From an uncultured Bacilli bacterium (lineage in GTDB: Bacteria; Bacillota_I; Bacilli_A; RF39; UBA660), in the NCBI GenBank assembly GCA_910580185.1, contig CAJTWC010000003.1:34304-98303 (forward strand): a DNA stretch of 64,000 bases, given 5' to 3'. A program made the translations under genes and the position numbers. The notes under the pieces are model-generated. The model was not told where the DNA came from, searched no databases, and saw only the letters and a list, made by a program, of their open reading frames with translations. Positions within the stretch are counted from its first letter, which is position 1; every line of letters starts with the position of its first letter. Positions 11,992 to 22,639 of the stretch are shown one piece after another.

Positions 11992-12636
11992 ATGAATTAT
12001 TTAGAATTAATTATTAAAACCATATTTATTTATATGCTTGTTGCAGCAATATTTAGAATAATGGGAAAAAGAGAAGTAGGTCAATTAGGAACATTTGATT
12101 TAGTGGTTTTCATATTAATCGCCGAACTTATAGCAATGGCATTAGAGAAGAAAAATGGATTTATAATGGGATTAATACCGGTTGTTATTCTAGTTGTATT
12201 GCAAATTATAATTGCAAAAATATCTCTTAAAAGTTCTAATTTTAGAAAATTAATCGATGGGAAACCAAGCCTTATAATTAAAAATGGCATAGTAAATTTT
12301 AAATGCATGATAGATCAAAGATATACATTAGATGATTTACTTTTGCAGCTAAGAGAAAAAGATATTAGAAGTATTGATGAAGTTGAATATGCTATTTTAG
12401 AAACAAATGGAAAACTATCAGTGTTTAAAAAAGATGATAAAGATAAAAAGACCTATCCATTACCAATAATATTGGATGGTGAGGTTCAATTTGATAATTT
12501 ATATACTATTAATAAAACAAAACAATGGTTACTTAATATATTACGTAATAAAAAGTTAAACGCCGAAGATGTATTTTATGCTTTTAGTAAAAATGGTGAC
12601 TTATTTATAATTAAATATGATGAGGTAAATAAATAA
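11992..12636 (+). CDS. DUF421 (YetF-like) membrane protein
   Basis: N-terminus MNYLELIIKTIFIYMLVAAIFRIMGKREVGQL is characteristic of DUF421/YetF; AGGTGA RBS. Confidence 0.7.
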   Translation: MNYLELIIKTIFIYMLVAAIFRIMGKREVGQLGTFDLVVFILIAELIAMALEKKNGFIMGLIPVVILVVLQIIIAKISLKSSNFRKLIDGKPSLIIKNGIVNFKCMIDQRYTLDDLLLQLREKDIRSIDEVEYAILETNGKLSVFKKDDKDKKTYPLPIILDGEVQFDNLYTINKTKQWLLNILRNKKLNAEDVFYAFSKNGDLFIIKYDEVNK

Positions 12637-12713
12637 AAGGCATGTTACAATGTCTTTTATTTATTGTTAAAAATTATACGTTGTGATATACTATATTGGG
12701 ATGGGTGAATGTT

Positions 12714-13481
12714 ATGCATAAAAAGGATGACAATTTAAAAGATGCTTTAGATGAAATATTCGGCGATGATTTTATCGAAGTTGATATGGATGATAAAAAG
12801 GAAGAAAACGTGCCACTTATAGATAGAGTAATATTTACCGACTATGAATTAGAAGATGAAAAACAAGAACAACTAAAAAGGGCAAACACATCTACTGATA
12901 AAATAAAAAAAATTCCAGTATGGAATGAAGCAAAAAATAATACACCTATTACAAAGAACATCCCTAAAAAGAAGCCAACTAAAAAAATATATAAATCATT
13001 TATATTAATCGTTCTAATAATAACAATGATTTTGATAATTAGTTTATCAATTTATATAACTATTTTTGGAATAGAAAAAAAAGAGGTTTGTGAGTTAAAA
13101 GCAAAAGATGCAGGATATAATTTTAGTGATACATATATAATAGCTTACAAAAAAAATAATATTATTAAAATAAAAAGCTCATATGAATATAATGCAACAG
13201 ATAGTGAATTTACTGAGCAAGTTAAAATTATTAAAGAAAGTAAATTACCAGTTGTAATAAATTCTAATGGTATGAGTGGATTTACATACATAGTAGAAGA
13301 AAATGATAATAGTTTCAAAGTAAATGGCTACTTAGATTTTGAAAAAATGAATTTTAAAGAGGTTGATAAACAGAACTATGATTTATTTCCGATAGCATAT
13401 GAAAAAATAAATTCAAAAACAACTTATAATAATTTTATAAATAAATTAAAAAAACAAGGATATACTTGTAAGAATAAATAA
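12714..13481 (+). CDS. single-pass membrane protein, hypothetical (paralog of 15100-15849)
   Basis: Acidic N-terminus, one TM, extracellular domain with a conserved Cys pair and a C-terminal KGYTC motif; GGGTGA RBS 6 nt upstream of the ATG at 12714. Confidence 0.5.
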   Translation: MHKKDDNLKDALDEIFGDDFIEVDMDDKKEENVPLIDRVIFTDYELEDEKQEQLKRANTSTDKIKKIPVWNEAKNNTPITKNIPKKKPTKKIYKSFILIVLIITMILIISLSIYITIFGIEKKEVCELKAKDAGYNFSDTYIIAYKKNNIIKIKSSYEYNATDSEFTEQVKIIKESKLPVVINSNGMSGFTYIVEENDNSFKVNGYLDFEKMNFKEVDKQNYDLFPIAYEKINSKTTYNNFINKLKKQGYTCKNK

Positions 13482-13497
13482 AAAAGGAGTAGATAAA

Positions 13498-15003
13498 ATG
13501 AGAGAGTTAACAGAACAAGAAATAGTAAGAAGAGGAAAAAAAGAAAAAATTGAAGAATTAGGGATTGATCCATTTGGACATAGTTTTAAAAGAAATGCTT
13601 TTGCAAAAGATATAAAAGAAAAATATAAGGATGTAGAACACGATGAATTTGAAAACATAACTGATGAAGTTGTAGTGGCTGGTAGAATTATGTTTATAAG
13701 AAAAATGGGTAAAGCTTCATTTTTCTCACTTAGTGATAAAACAGGTCCAATTCAAGTATACATATCAATAAATGACATTGGCGAAGATAGTTATAATTTA
13801 TTTAAAAGTGCTGATTTAGGAGACATAGTAGGTGTTCGCGGTAAAGTTATGAAAACCAGAACTGGCGAAATTACAATTAAATGTTTAGAATATACTCATT
13901 TAGTTAAAGCCTTAAGACCACTTCCAGAAAAATTTCACGGATTGAAAGATAAAGAAGAAAGATACAGAAGGCGTTATTTAGATTTAATAACTAATGATGA
14001 GGCTAAACGTGTTGCATTTATGCGTCCAAAAATTATTAGATGTATTCAAAACTTCCTTGATGAAAGAGGTTTTACTGAAGTTGAAACTCCAATTTTAACA
14101 ACACTACTTACCGGTGCTTCCGCAAGACCATTTGTAACACATCATAATACACAAGACCTAGATATGTATTTAAGAGTTGCATTAGAACTTAGTTTAAAAA
14201 GGCTACTTGTCGGTGGCATGGAAAGTGTTTATGAAATAGGTAGAACATTTAGAAATGAAGGAATGGATCCTCAGCATAATCCGGAATTTACCCTAATGGA
14301 AATATATCAAGCATATTCAGATTTAGAAGGCATGATGGATTTAACCGAAGATATGTATCAAACAATTGCAAAAAAAGTATGTGGTAAGATGACATTTAAC
14401 TATCTAGGGCACGAAATAAACCTTGATGGTAAATGGAAAAGAGTTTCTATGGTAGATGCTATTAAAGAACAAACAGGAATAGATTTTAGTAAACAAATGA
14501 CAGATGAAGAAGCTATAAGATTAGCAGAAGAACACAATATAGAGCTTGAAGAACACGAAAAAAGCTTTGGACACGTAGTAAATTTATTCTTTGAAAAATA
14601 CGTAGAAGAAACATTAATTCAGCCAACGTTCCTTTACGATCATCCACTTGAAATTTCGCCGCTTACTAAAAAGAACCCAAAAGACCCTAGATTTGTAGAT
14701 AGATTTGAATTATTTATATCTGGACACGAATGTGCAAACGCATATACGGAATTAAATGATCCAATAGATCAATTAGAAAGATTTGAAGCGCAATTAAAAG
14801 AAAAAGAATTAGGAAATGATGAAGCAAACGATATAGATATGGACTTTATAGAAGCTTTAGAATATGGTATGCCTCCAGCAGGTGGTATAGGATATGGTAT
14901 TGATAGATTAATAATGCTATTTACAGAACAACCATCTATTAGGGACGTATTATTATTCCCATTAATGAAGCCTGAAAATGATCAAAATAAAAAAGAGAGT
15001 TAG
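13498..15003 (+). CDS. lysS: lysine--tRNA ligase (class II)
   Basis: Typical LysS sequence, 501 aa, class II motifs (FRNEG, GGIGYGIDRL); AAGGAG RBS. Confidence 0.95.
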   Translation: MRELTEQEIVRRGKKEKIEELGIDPFGHSFKRNAFAKDIKEKYKDVEHDEFENITDEVVVAGRIMFIRKMGKASFFSLSDKTGPIQVYISINDIGEDSYNLFKSADLGDIVGVRGKVMKTRTGEITIKCLEYTHLVKALRPLPEKFHGLKDKEERYRRRYLDLITNDEAKRVAFMRPKIIRCIQNFLDERGFTEVETPILTTLLTGASARPFVTHHNTQDLDMYLRVALELSLKRLLVGGMESVYEIGRTFRNEGMDPQHNPEFTLMEIYQAYSDLEGMMDLTEDMYQTIAKKVCGKMTFNYLGHEINLDGKWKRVSMVDAIKEQTGIDFSKQMTDEEAIRLAEEHNIELEEHEKSFGHVVNLFFEKYVEETLIQPTFLYDHPLEISPLTKKNPKDPRFVDRFELFISGHECANAYTELNDPIDQLERFEAQLKEKELGNDEANDIDMDFIEALEYGMPPAGGIGYGIDRLIMLFTEQPSIRDVLLFPLMKPENDQNKKES

Positions 15004-15019
15004 TAAAAACTCTTTTTTT
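14991..15019 (+). terminator. rho-independent terminator after lysS
   Basis: Hairpin AAAAGAGAGTT..AACTCTTTT followed by a T-run. Confidence 0.6.
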
Positions 15020-15099
15020 GTGTAAAATTTTATGAAAAAATAATATAATTATTCGTAAATAAAAAAATATGTGGTATTATAATAATACGGAGGAATAAG

Positions 15100-15849
15100 A
15101 TGATGGAAGAGCCAAATAAAAATGAAGAAATTAAAGAAGAAAATTATGAAATTGAAATAACTGAAGAAGATGTCACTAGGGAAATAAATTTAGATGATTT
15201 GTATGATGGTGCTGTTAATAATACGGTAGTAATAGATCCAATTACTAACAATGAAATTCTTTTGTCATCTAAAAAACCTAATTACACGTTAATTGGTGTT
15301 ATATTAGCAGTTATTATACTTTTAGGTTTATACTATATTAATAATAAAACAAACCTTGTGGGAACCACAAAAGAAGTTGAAACAAAAACTACAAAAAAAA
15401 CAACTATTGCAAAGAAAATCACTGATAAAGGAACGTTAACTTGTACTTATTCATCAAAAAGTGATGCTGAAACTCAAAATATAACTTATGTAGCAAACTA
15501 CTTATCTAATAAAGTTACTAATAGTAATTTTAATTATGTTGTAGTGTCAAATAACGATAACAAATCTGCAGTGGTAGAAAATTTAATTAGCCAATATGAG
15601 AATTTTTATTTAAATAATGTTACTGTACCAGCTAATAGTATAAATTTCAATAAAAATGAAAAAGGTTTTACCTTTAACATTGAAACTGATTATGAAAAAG
15701 AAGGATATGAAAATCTGGTAGTAAACGATGGCCAAACGGTTTTATTTGTTAAGCCAACCACATCTGATACAATAGATTTGCTAAAGAAAAATTATACGGA
15801 TAAAGGGTATGATTGTAATATAACTTATGGTGATGATGCAAATGAGTAA
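15100..15849 (+). CDS. single-pass membrane protein, hypothetical (paralog of 12714-13481)
   Basis: Same architecture as the 12714 protein (acidic N-terminus, TM, Cys pair, C-terminal KGYDC); GGAGG RBS. Confidence 0.5.
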   Translation: MMEEPNKNEEIKEENYEIEITEEDVTREINLDDLYDGAVNNTVVIDPITNNEILLSSKKPNYTLIGVILAVIILLGLYYINNKTNLVGTTKEVETKTTKKTTIAKKITDKGTLTCTYSSKSDAETQNITYVANYLSNKVTNSNFNYVVVSNNDNKSAVVENLISQYENFYLNNVTVPANSINFNKNEKGFTFNIETDYEKEGYENLVVNDGQTVLFVKPTTSDTIDLLKKNYTDKGYDCNITYGDDANE

Positions 15850-16027
15850 GAATAAATTAAAAATATATAGAAGTATACTTATTATAATAGACGTATTAGC
15901 AATAATTCAGCTATTAATACAAATTACTTTTAAAGAAATGACTTACGTAAATCATATCTTATTAATAATATTAAACATAGTTTTATTTACTATTAAACCA
16001 AATGATAAAGAGCCTAAAAATAATTAG
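15827..16027 (+). CDS. small membrane protein, hypothetical
   Basis: 66-aa hydrophobic ORF overlapping the upstream stop. Confidence 0.25.
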   Translation: MVMMQMSKNKLKIYRSILIIIDVLAIIQLLIQITFKEMTYVNHILLIILNIVLFTIKPNDKEPKNN

Positions 16028-17322
16028 GTTCTTTTATTTAGATTTTTTACAACGATTATAAACACCAATAACGTAGTAGTTACTATGCCAATTATAATAG
16101 AATATATTAAACTATTCATGCCATAACCAAGCTTGCAAAAAATAAATAGTAGGCTATATTTTAAAATTAAAGAAACAACGCTTGTAACAAATAATTTATT
16201 AGTTTTTCCCATTGCCTGTAGAGCAATTGATAAGGTAGGCTGCATGTATAAAATAATAAAGAAAGGCCCTAATAAATATATATAATTAACACCTAAATTA
16301 ACGTTATAAATAAGTTTTAATAATTTACTTGGAAAAATTAATATAAATGCTAAGCAAAAAGTACCTACCAGCATTGAAATGATCATTAGCTTAAGTAATT
16401 TATTATTAAATGCTTTGTATTTTTTGCCGGCATATAGCTTTGTTACATTAGGCAAAAGTGCAGATGCAATCGCTAATGAAAAAAAGCTAGGAAAAGAAAG
16501 TAGCGGAACTATGTATGAATTTATTATCCCATATTCTAAGGTTATATAATTAGAAGAATATCCTACCGAAAGCAAAGTGTTAGTAAGAATAATTGGCTCT
16601 AAAAAGAATCCAAAAGAAGATATTAACCTAATTAAGGTGGTTGGAAGAGAAATGTCAATTATATCTTTTAATATCTTTTTATTATGGCTGGATACTTTTT
16701 TTATATATTTTTTTACTCTTTGATTTAGTATTAAAATAGTAGAAAGTTCCATAAAAACGTTAAATAAAATTATAAATATAACCGCGGTAACATTTGATGC
16801 AGCTATTGCGTATGGAAGTAATACGACGATTAATATTATTTTAATAATTTCTTCTGTTATATTTGTTATGGCAGGCAAAAACATATCTTCTTTGCCATGT
16901 AAAAAACCTCTTTGTACGCTTGATATTGTAACAAAAGGTATAATTACACATATTGATCTAATAGCAGGCGCTAAAGCATTATTATGGATGAAAGATGCAA
17001 TTAAATTAGAAGATAGTATAACTATAATTATTAAGATTAAATCAATTGCTAAACCTAATTTATACGCCGTTTTAAGAAGTACGTTATTATCATATTTTCC
17101 TTCTGCGGATATCTTACTAATTGATATTGGAAAGCTAAACTGGGTAATTGTAATAATAAGCATAAACGTAGGAGTGAGCATAGTGTATAAACCAACTACG
17201 TTTATGCCAGCAGTTCTTGTGTATATGACTTTTCCAATCATGCCAATTACCTTACTAATACCACCAGATAATAACAATATAATTATGTTTTTAATAAGAA
17301 TGTTATTTTTAAATTTAGTCAT
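16024..17322 (-). CDS. MOP-superfamily flippase (SpoVB/MurJ/Wzx-like polysaccharide biosynthesis protein)
   Basis: 432 aa with about 12-14 TM helices; lies between tgt and secDF, as spoVB does in Bacillus. Confidence 0.55.
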   Translation of the reverse strand: MTKFKNNILIKNIIILLLSGGISKVIGMIGKVIYTRTAGINVVGLYTMLTPTFMLIITITQFSFPISISKISAEGKYDNNVLLKTAYKLGLAIDLILIIIVILSSNLIASFIHNNALAPAIRSICVIIPFVTISSVQRGFLHGKEDMFLPAITNITEEIIKIILIVVLLPYAIAASNVTAVIFIILFNVFMELSTILILNQRVKKYIKKVSSHNKKILKDIIDISLPTTLIRLISSFGFFLEPIILTNTLLSVGYSSNYITLEYGIINSYIVPLLSFPSFFSLAIASALLPNVTKLYAGKKYKAFNNKLLKLMIISMLVGTFCLAFILIFPSKLLKLIYNVNLGVNYIYLLGPFFIILYMQPTLSIALQAMGKTNKLFVTSVVSLILKYSLLFIFCKLGYGMNSLIYSIIIGIVTTTLLVFIIVVKNLNKRT

Positions 17323-17399
17323 AGTAAAGTATATGATTTTTTTTCTAATACTTGAACATTTTATTATGGTACTATATAATTAAATTGAGGTGAATTTAT

Positions 17400-17726
17400 A
17401 TGTATAAAATTAATAGATTTAAGTTGATAGATGTTGTATTATATGCGCAAGACAATAATGACCGAGAAAATTACCCATGGCTACTTGAACTATATAGAAC
17501 AGGCCTTAATCCATTTAAAGAAGAATATGAATTAGATGGATTAAACCAAAATCAAATGGATATTTTAATAAAATATTTAATAGAAGTTAATAGTTATGGT
17601 GAAGATACTGATCCTCAAAACCTTGATGATTTAATACAGTATGACATATTAATACCAATTAACAATATTGCCACATCTACTCCAGTTAAAAGCAAGAAAC
17701 ATAAAAAGAAGAAAAATGAAGACTAA
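17400..17726 (+). CDS. hypothetical protein
   Basis: GAGGTG RBS; followed by a terminator hairpin. Confidence 0.45.
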   Translation: MYKINRFKLIDVVLYAQDNNDRENYPWLLELYRTGLNPFKEEYELDGLNQNQMDILIKYLIEVNSYGEDTDPQNLDDLIQYDILIPINNIATSTPVKSKKHKKKKNED

Positions 17727-17746
17727 TTTTATAGTCTTTTTTCTTT
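17719..17746 (+). terminator. rho-independent terminator
   Basis: AAGACTA-loop-TAGTCTT followed by TTTTTTC. Confidence 0.55.
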
Positions 17747-17839
17747 TTGTCTTTGATTTTGTACTACATATGTTATATAATATTAAATGTACTAATGATG
17801 ATATAGACATCATTAAATATATTTATAAGGATGGTTAAA

Positions 17840-20014
17840 ATGAAAGGAAAATTTGTTAAAAGAATAATTATATTCTTTGTAGTCATAGCATTATTTAGTT
17901 TAATATACATTCCACTATTTAATGATATGAAGTTTGGCCTTGATTTAAAAGGCGGATTTGAAGTGTTATATCAAGTTAAAAGAAGTGATGGTAAAAAGCT
18001 TGCCTCTAGTGATATGAGTAGCACTTATGACGTTTTAAAAAGAAACGTTGATTCTTTAGGTGTATCAGAACCTGAAATAACAATGGAAGGGACTGATAGA
18101 ATAAGAGTAAAATTAGCAGGTGTAACTGATATTGAAGGTGCAAGACGTGCATTATCAAACGTTGCTAACATATCATTTAGGGATACCGATGATAAGTTAT
18201 TAATGGATGCTAGTGTTATAAGTGGAGCTAAATTATCTTATGATGAATCTGGAAAGCCTGCTATTTCTTTACAAGTAAAAGATAAGGAAAAGTTTTTAGC
18301 AGCTACTACGGAAATTAGTAAGAAAGAATCTGGCAAAAACTTAATGGTAATATGGTATAACTATGAAAATGGTGTTAACTCATATGCCAAAGATAGTGAA
18401 ACTTGTGGTGAAGAAGGAAGTCTATGTTTATCTGCCGCAACTGTTTCTCAAGGATTTTCATCTGATGTTATCATAACTGGTAATTTTGAAAAAGAAGAAG
18501 CAGAAAGCTTAGCAACTAGTATTAATGCTGGTTCTATTTCAACAAAGCTTACTGAAATATCTTCTCAAAACGTTAATGCATCATATGGTGAAGGAGTTCT
18601 TACTAAAACTTTTACCGCAGGCATCATAGGTATGATATTAGTTATATTATTCATGACGATACTATATAAGTTTTATGGCTTTATATCAGGTGTTAACTTA
18701 CTTTTATATATGTTATTAGTTATGGGAGTTTTTTGGTTAATAGGTGGAGTTTTAACTCTTCCTGGTATTGCAGCATTAGTCTTAGGTATAGGTATGGCGG
18801 TTGATTCTTGCGTTGTTACAAGTGAAAGAATAAAAGAAGAATTACAATCTGGTAAAAATTTAAAAACTGCTTATGAAAATGGAAACAAGGAGTCTTGGAG
18901 TACGATATTCGATGCTAATGTTACAACGTTTATAGTTGCAATCGTATTATTCATTTTTGGTGAATCTTCAATTAAAGGTTTTGCAACAATGCTTATGATT
19001 ACCATATTTGCAACTATGTTTATTATGGTATTTATAAATAGACAAATATTAAAGGCTTTTGTAAAAACAAACATTTTCGATAAAAAGCCTAATATATTTA
19101 TTAAGTTCGAAAAGAAAAATAATAAATCATTAAAGAAAATAAAGATAAATTCAATTAAGATAATTAAAAAATGCATTACTATTACCTTAATATACTTAGT
19201 TATAGGCGTTATATTTTTAGCAGTTAATGGTCTTAACTTAGGAATAGATTTTAAAGCTGGGTCAGATATTACTTTAAGCGCTGATAATATGAAAACATCG
19301 GAAGTAAAAAAAGATTTAGAGGATATGGGATATAAAGTAGCATCTATTACAAAACAAGAAAATAACGAAATATACGTAAGATTAAATAACGAATTAAAAG
19401 AAGATGGAATAAATAAAGTAAATAATCATTTCGAAGAAAAATATAATGCTAAAACTGAAATTAACGTTGTAACTAACATAGTTAAACAAGAACTTGTTAA
19501 AAACGCAATATATTCAGTTTTAATAGCAGCGGTTGCAATAATAATTTATATTTCATTTAGATTTAAATTTAGTTATGCAATATCATCAATATTAGCACTT
19601 GCACATGACGTTTTATTCGTAATAATATTATTTAGTATATTTAAAATAGAAGTTAATGTTATATTTATCGCAGCTTTATTAACAATAGTTGGTTACTCAA
19701 TTAATAATACGATAGTGGTATTTGATCGTATTAGAGAAAATCTTGGCAAATTTAAAAAGAAACTTACTAAAGAAGAATTAAAAGGCGTTGTAAATGATAG
19801 CATATCTAATACGTTTAATAGATCGTTATATACTACAATTACTACGTTAATACCAGTTATTTGCTTAATAATATTTGGTTCTAAAGGAATATTACCATTT
19901 AATATCGCAATGATATTTGGGCTTGTTGCTGGTTGCTATTCATCAATGCTTCTAGCAGGACAAATATGGTATTTAATTGAAAAGAAAAATTGTAAAAAAG
20001 AAAATAATAAATAA
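17840..20014 (+). CDS. secDF: protein translocase subunit SecDF (fused)
   Basis: Length around 725 aa with two SecD/SecF-type 6-TM bundles and periplasmic domains; start is the ATG at 17840 (AAGGA RBS) or at 17831. Confidence 0.9.
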   Translation: MKGKFVKRIIIFFVVIALFSLIYIPLFNDMKFGLDLKGGFEVLYQVKRSDGKKLASSDMSSTYDVLKRNVDSLGVSEPEITMEGTDRIRVKLAGVTDIEGARRALSNVANISFRDTDDKLLMDASVISGAKLSYDESGKPAISLQVKDKEKFLAATTEISKKESGKNLMVIWYNYENGVNSYAKDSETCGEEGSLCLSAATVSQGFSSDVIITGNFEKEEAESLATSINAGSISTKLTEISSQNVNASYGEGVLTKTFTAGIIGMILVILFMTILYKFYGFISGVNLLLYMLLVMGVFWLIGGVLTLPGIAALVLGIGMAVDSCVVTSERIKEELQSGKNLKTAYENGNKESWSTIFDANVTTFIVAIVLFIFGESSIKGFATMLMITIFATMFIMVFINRQILKAFVKTNIFDKKPNIFIKFEKKNNKSLKKIKINSIKIIKKCITITLIYLVIGVIFLAVNGLNLGIDFKAGSDITLSADNMKTSEVKKDLEDMGYKVASITKQENNEIYVRLNNELKEDGINKVNNHFEEKYNAKTEINVVTNIVKQELVKNAIYSVLIAAVAIIIYISFRFKFSYAISSILALAHDVLFVIILFSIFKIEVNVIFIAALLTIVGYSINNTIVVFDRIRENLGKFKKKLTKEELKGVVNDSISNTFNRSLYTTITTLIPVICLIIFGSKGILPFNIAMIFGLVAGCYSSMLLAGQIWYLIEKKNCKKENNK

Positions 20015-20030
20015 GAAAAGAGTGATTTTA

Positions 20031-22193
20031 ATGAAGCTAAAAGAAAAAGCATACACACTTGATGATTTAATTAAAAAAGCAAGTGAATATATAAAAATTG
20101 ATGAACAAATCGAAGTAATTAAAAAAGCTTATTCTTTTGCTTATAAAGCTCATTTTGGAGATAAGAGACTAACGGGTGATGATTTTATTCTTCACCCTTT
20201 AAACGTTGCTTTGATTCTTACTGAAATATACGCAGATTACGAAACCCTTGCAACCGCGTTATTGCACGATGTAATTAATTTTTCAAACATAACATTAGAA
20301 GAAGTAGAAAAAGAATTTGGCACTGAAATAAGAAATTTAGTTGATGGCATCTCAAAGATAAATAAGTTATCGTTATCGGCAGAATCTAATGCAACAGCTA
20401 CTTACTACAAAAAAATACTAGTTGGGTTATCTGGAGATGTACGTATAATTATATTAAAAGTCGCTGATCGTCTTCATAATATGAGAACTTTATGGGCTAT
20501 ACCAGAAAATAAAAGAAAAGAAAAAGCAAAAGAAACATTAGAAATACTTGTTCCAATAGCGCATGGTCTTGGTATTAATCATATAAAAAGTGAGTTAGAA
20601 GATTTATGTTTAAAATATTATAATCCTGATGTTTATAATGATATCTTAGAAAAATTAAACGAAACAAGGCAAGAGTTAGATGAATCTGTAAATCAAATGA
20701 TGCAAAGCGTATCAAAAGTATTAACAGAAAATAACATTCCTCATGAAATGAAGGGTAGAAGTAAAAGCGTTTATAGTATATATAGAAAACTTCAAAAAGG
20801 TAAATCATTTAATGAAATATATGATATATTAGCACTTCGCTTTTTTGTTAAAACAGAAGCTGAATGTTATTTAGCATTAGGCGCAATACACGCTAAATTT
20901 AAACCAGTTCCAAGAAGATTTAAAGATTATGTTGCAAGGCCAAAGGCAAATGGTTACCAATCTTTACATACTACGGTATTTGGAGTTGATGGTAAGTTAT
21001 TTGAAATTCAAATTAGAACCTATGATATGGATTATGTTGCAGAATATGGTTTTGCATCTCACTGGTCATATAAAGAAGGCACTGCAAAACGAAAAAATAA
21101 CCTAGAAGAAAAATTAATGTCTTTTAGAAATATAATTGAATTAAATGAACAGCAAGTAGAATCAGAAGAAGAATTTGTAAACGTAGTTAAAAACGAGGTA
21201 TTTAATTCTAAAAACATATACGTATATACGCCAAAAGGAGACGTATTTGAACTTCCTCTTGGATCTACACCAATAGATTTTGCGTATAGAGTTCACACTT
21301 CAATTGGGCACCAAATGGTAGGAGCAATTGTAAATAATATGATTGCGCCGCTTAATTACCAATTAAAAGATGGAGATATTGTTAAAATAAACACTAATAA
21401 AAATAGTAAGGGTCCATCTAAAGAATGGATTAATATAGCTTTTACAACTAGTGCTAAAAATAAAATAAAAGCTTTCTTTAGCAAAGTTGATAAAGATGAA
21501 ATGATTAATAAAGGAAAAGATGCTTTATTAAAAACCATACGAAGAAAAAAATTATCTATTAATGATGTACTAGACAATAAAGCAGTTGAAAAAGCACTTG
21601 TAGAATATAACTTAGATAGTGAAAATGATTTATATTATGAAATAGGTATAGGTAAATATAATCCTACTTCCATAATCAAAACTATAATTGGAATAACTAA
21701 TGATGAAAATGATTCAGTAAAGAAAATTCTAAAGAATGCATCTAACGTAAGCGACCCTAAAGGAGATGTATTAGTAGATGGTATAAATGGTATAAAAGTA
21801 TCCTTTGGTGGATGTTGTATGCCAGTTTATGGAGATGATATCGTTGGTTACATTTCAAAAGGCAATGGAATTACGATTCATAGAAAAAATTGCCATAATA
21901 TTTTTGAGGGAAATGATAGACTAATACACGTAGATTGGAATGAAAAACTAAATAAAAAATATATTACAAACGTTTTAATCTATGCTGACAAAAAAGATGA
22001 CTTATTAGCCAATATAATTACCAAAACAACTTCTATGGGAATTGGTGTTAAAAGTGTTAATACGATATTAAATAACGATATATACATATTTGATTTAAAT
22101 GTATTAGTTACTGATAATGAAGTGCTTGACAAATATATCGCTGCTATATCGAATGTAGCAGGGGTTAGTGAAGTTCAAAGGGGCAATAAATAA
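20031..22193 (+). CDS. relA: GTP pyrophosphokinase / (p)ppGpp synthetase-hydrolase RelA/SpoT
   Basis: HD-domain LLHDV motif, synthetase domain, TGS and ACT regions; about 720 aa; the start was chosen after the secDF stop. Confidence 0.9.
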   Translation: MKLKEKAYTLDDLIKKASEYIKIDEQIEVIKKAYSFAYKAHFGDKRLTGDDFILHPLNVALILTEIYADYETLATALLHDVINFSNITLEEVEKEFGTEIRNLVDGISKINKLSLSAESNATATYYKKILVGLSGDVRIIILKVADRLHNMRTLWAIPENKRKEKAKETLEILVPIAHGLGINHIKSELEDLCLKYYNPDVYNDILEKLNETRQELDESVNQMMQSVSKVLTENNIPHEMKGRSKSVYSIYRKLQKGKSFNEIYDILALRFFVKTEAECYLALGAIHAKFKPVPRRFKDYVARPKANGYQSLHTTVFGVDGKLFEIQIRTYDMDYVAEYGFASHWSYKEGTAKRKNNLEEKLMSFRNIIELNEQQVESEEEFVNVVKNEVFNSKNIYVYTPKGDVFELPLGSTPIDFAYRVHTSIGHQMVGAIVNNMIAPLNYQLKDGDIVKINTNKNSKGPSKEWINIAFTTSAKNKIKAFFSKVDKDEMINKGKDALLKTIRRKKLSINDVLDNKAVEKALVEYNLDSENDLYYEIGIGKYNPTSIIKTIIGITNDENDSVKKILKNASNVSDPKGDVLVDGINGIKVSFGGCCMPVYGDDIVGYISKGNGITIHRKNCHNIFEGNDRLIHVDWNEKLNKKYITNVLIYADKKDDLLANIITKTTSMGIGVKSVNTILNNDIYIFDLNVLVTDNEVLDKYIAAISNVAGVSEVQRGNK

Positions 22194-22639
22194 TGAGGGT
22201 AATTATTCAAAGAAGTAAAGAAGCAAGTGTAGAAGTAAATGATAAAATAATTGGTAAAATTACTCACGGCTATGTTTTGTTAATTGGCTTTACAAATGGT
22301 GATAACAAAGAAACAGTTGATAAGATGATTAATAAAATAATAAATCTAAGAATTTTTTCGGATACTAGCGATAAACTTAATCTTAGTTTAAAAGATGTAA
22401 ACGGAAGCGTTTTATCAATATCGCAATTTACTTTATATGCTAAATTAAATGGTAGAAGGCCTTCGTTTACTGATGCATTAAACTATAAAGAAGCTAAGGA
22501 ATTATATGAATACTTTAATCATAAATTAGAAATAGAAGAAATAAATGTTCAAACAGGAGAGTTTGGGGCGGATATGAAAGTTAGTTTAATAAACGATGGT
22601 CCAGTAACCATTATTATTGATAGCAAGGAGGATTTCTAA
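22193..22639 (+). CDS. dtd: D-aminoacyl-tRNA deacylase
   Basis: MRVIIQR N-terminus; 148 aa; immediately downstream of relA, as in Bacillus. Confidence 0.9.
   Translation: MRVIIQRSKEASVEVNDKIIGKITHGYVLLIGFTNGDNKETVDKMINKIINLRIFSDTSDKLNLSLKDVNGSVLSISQFTLYAKLNGRRPSFTDALNYKEAKELYEYFNHKLEIEEINVQTGEFGADMKVSLINDGPVTIIIDSKEDF

Noticed and set aside
17753-17825. Palindrome ATGATGATATAGACATCAT upstream of secDF, considered as an operator site
   Set aside because: It is a single short AT-rich palindrome without a partner regulator gene nearby; it could equally belong to the promoter spacer. Too weak to call
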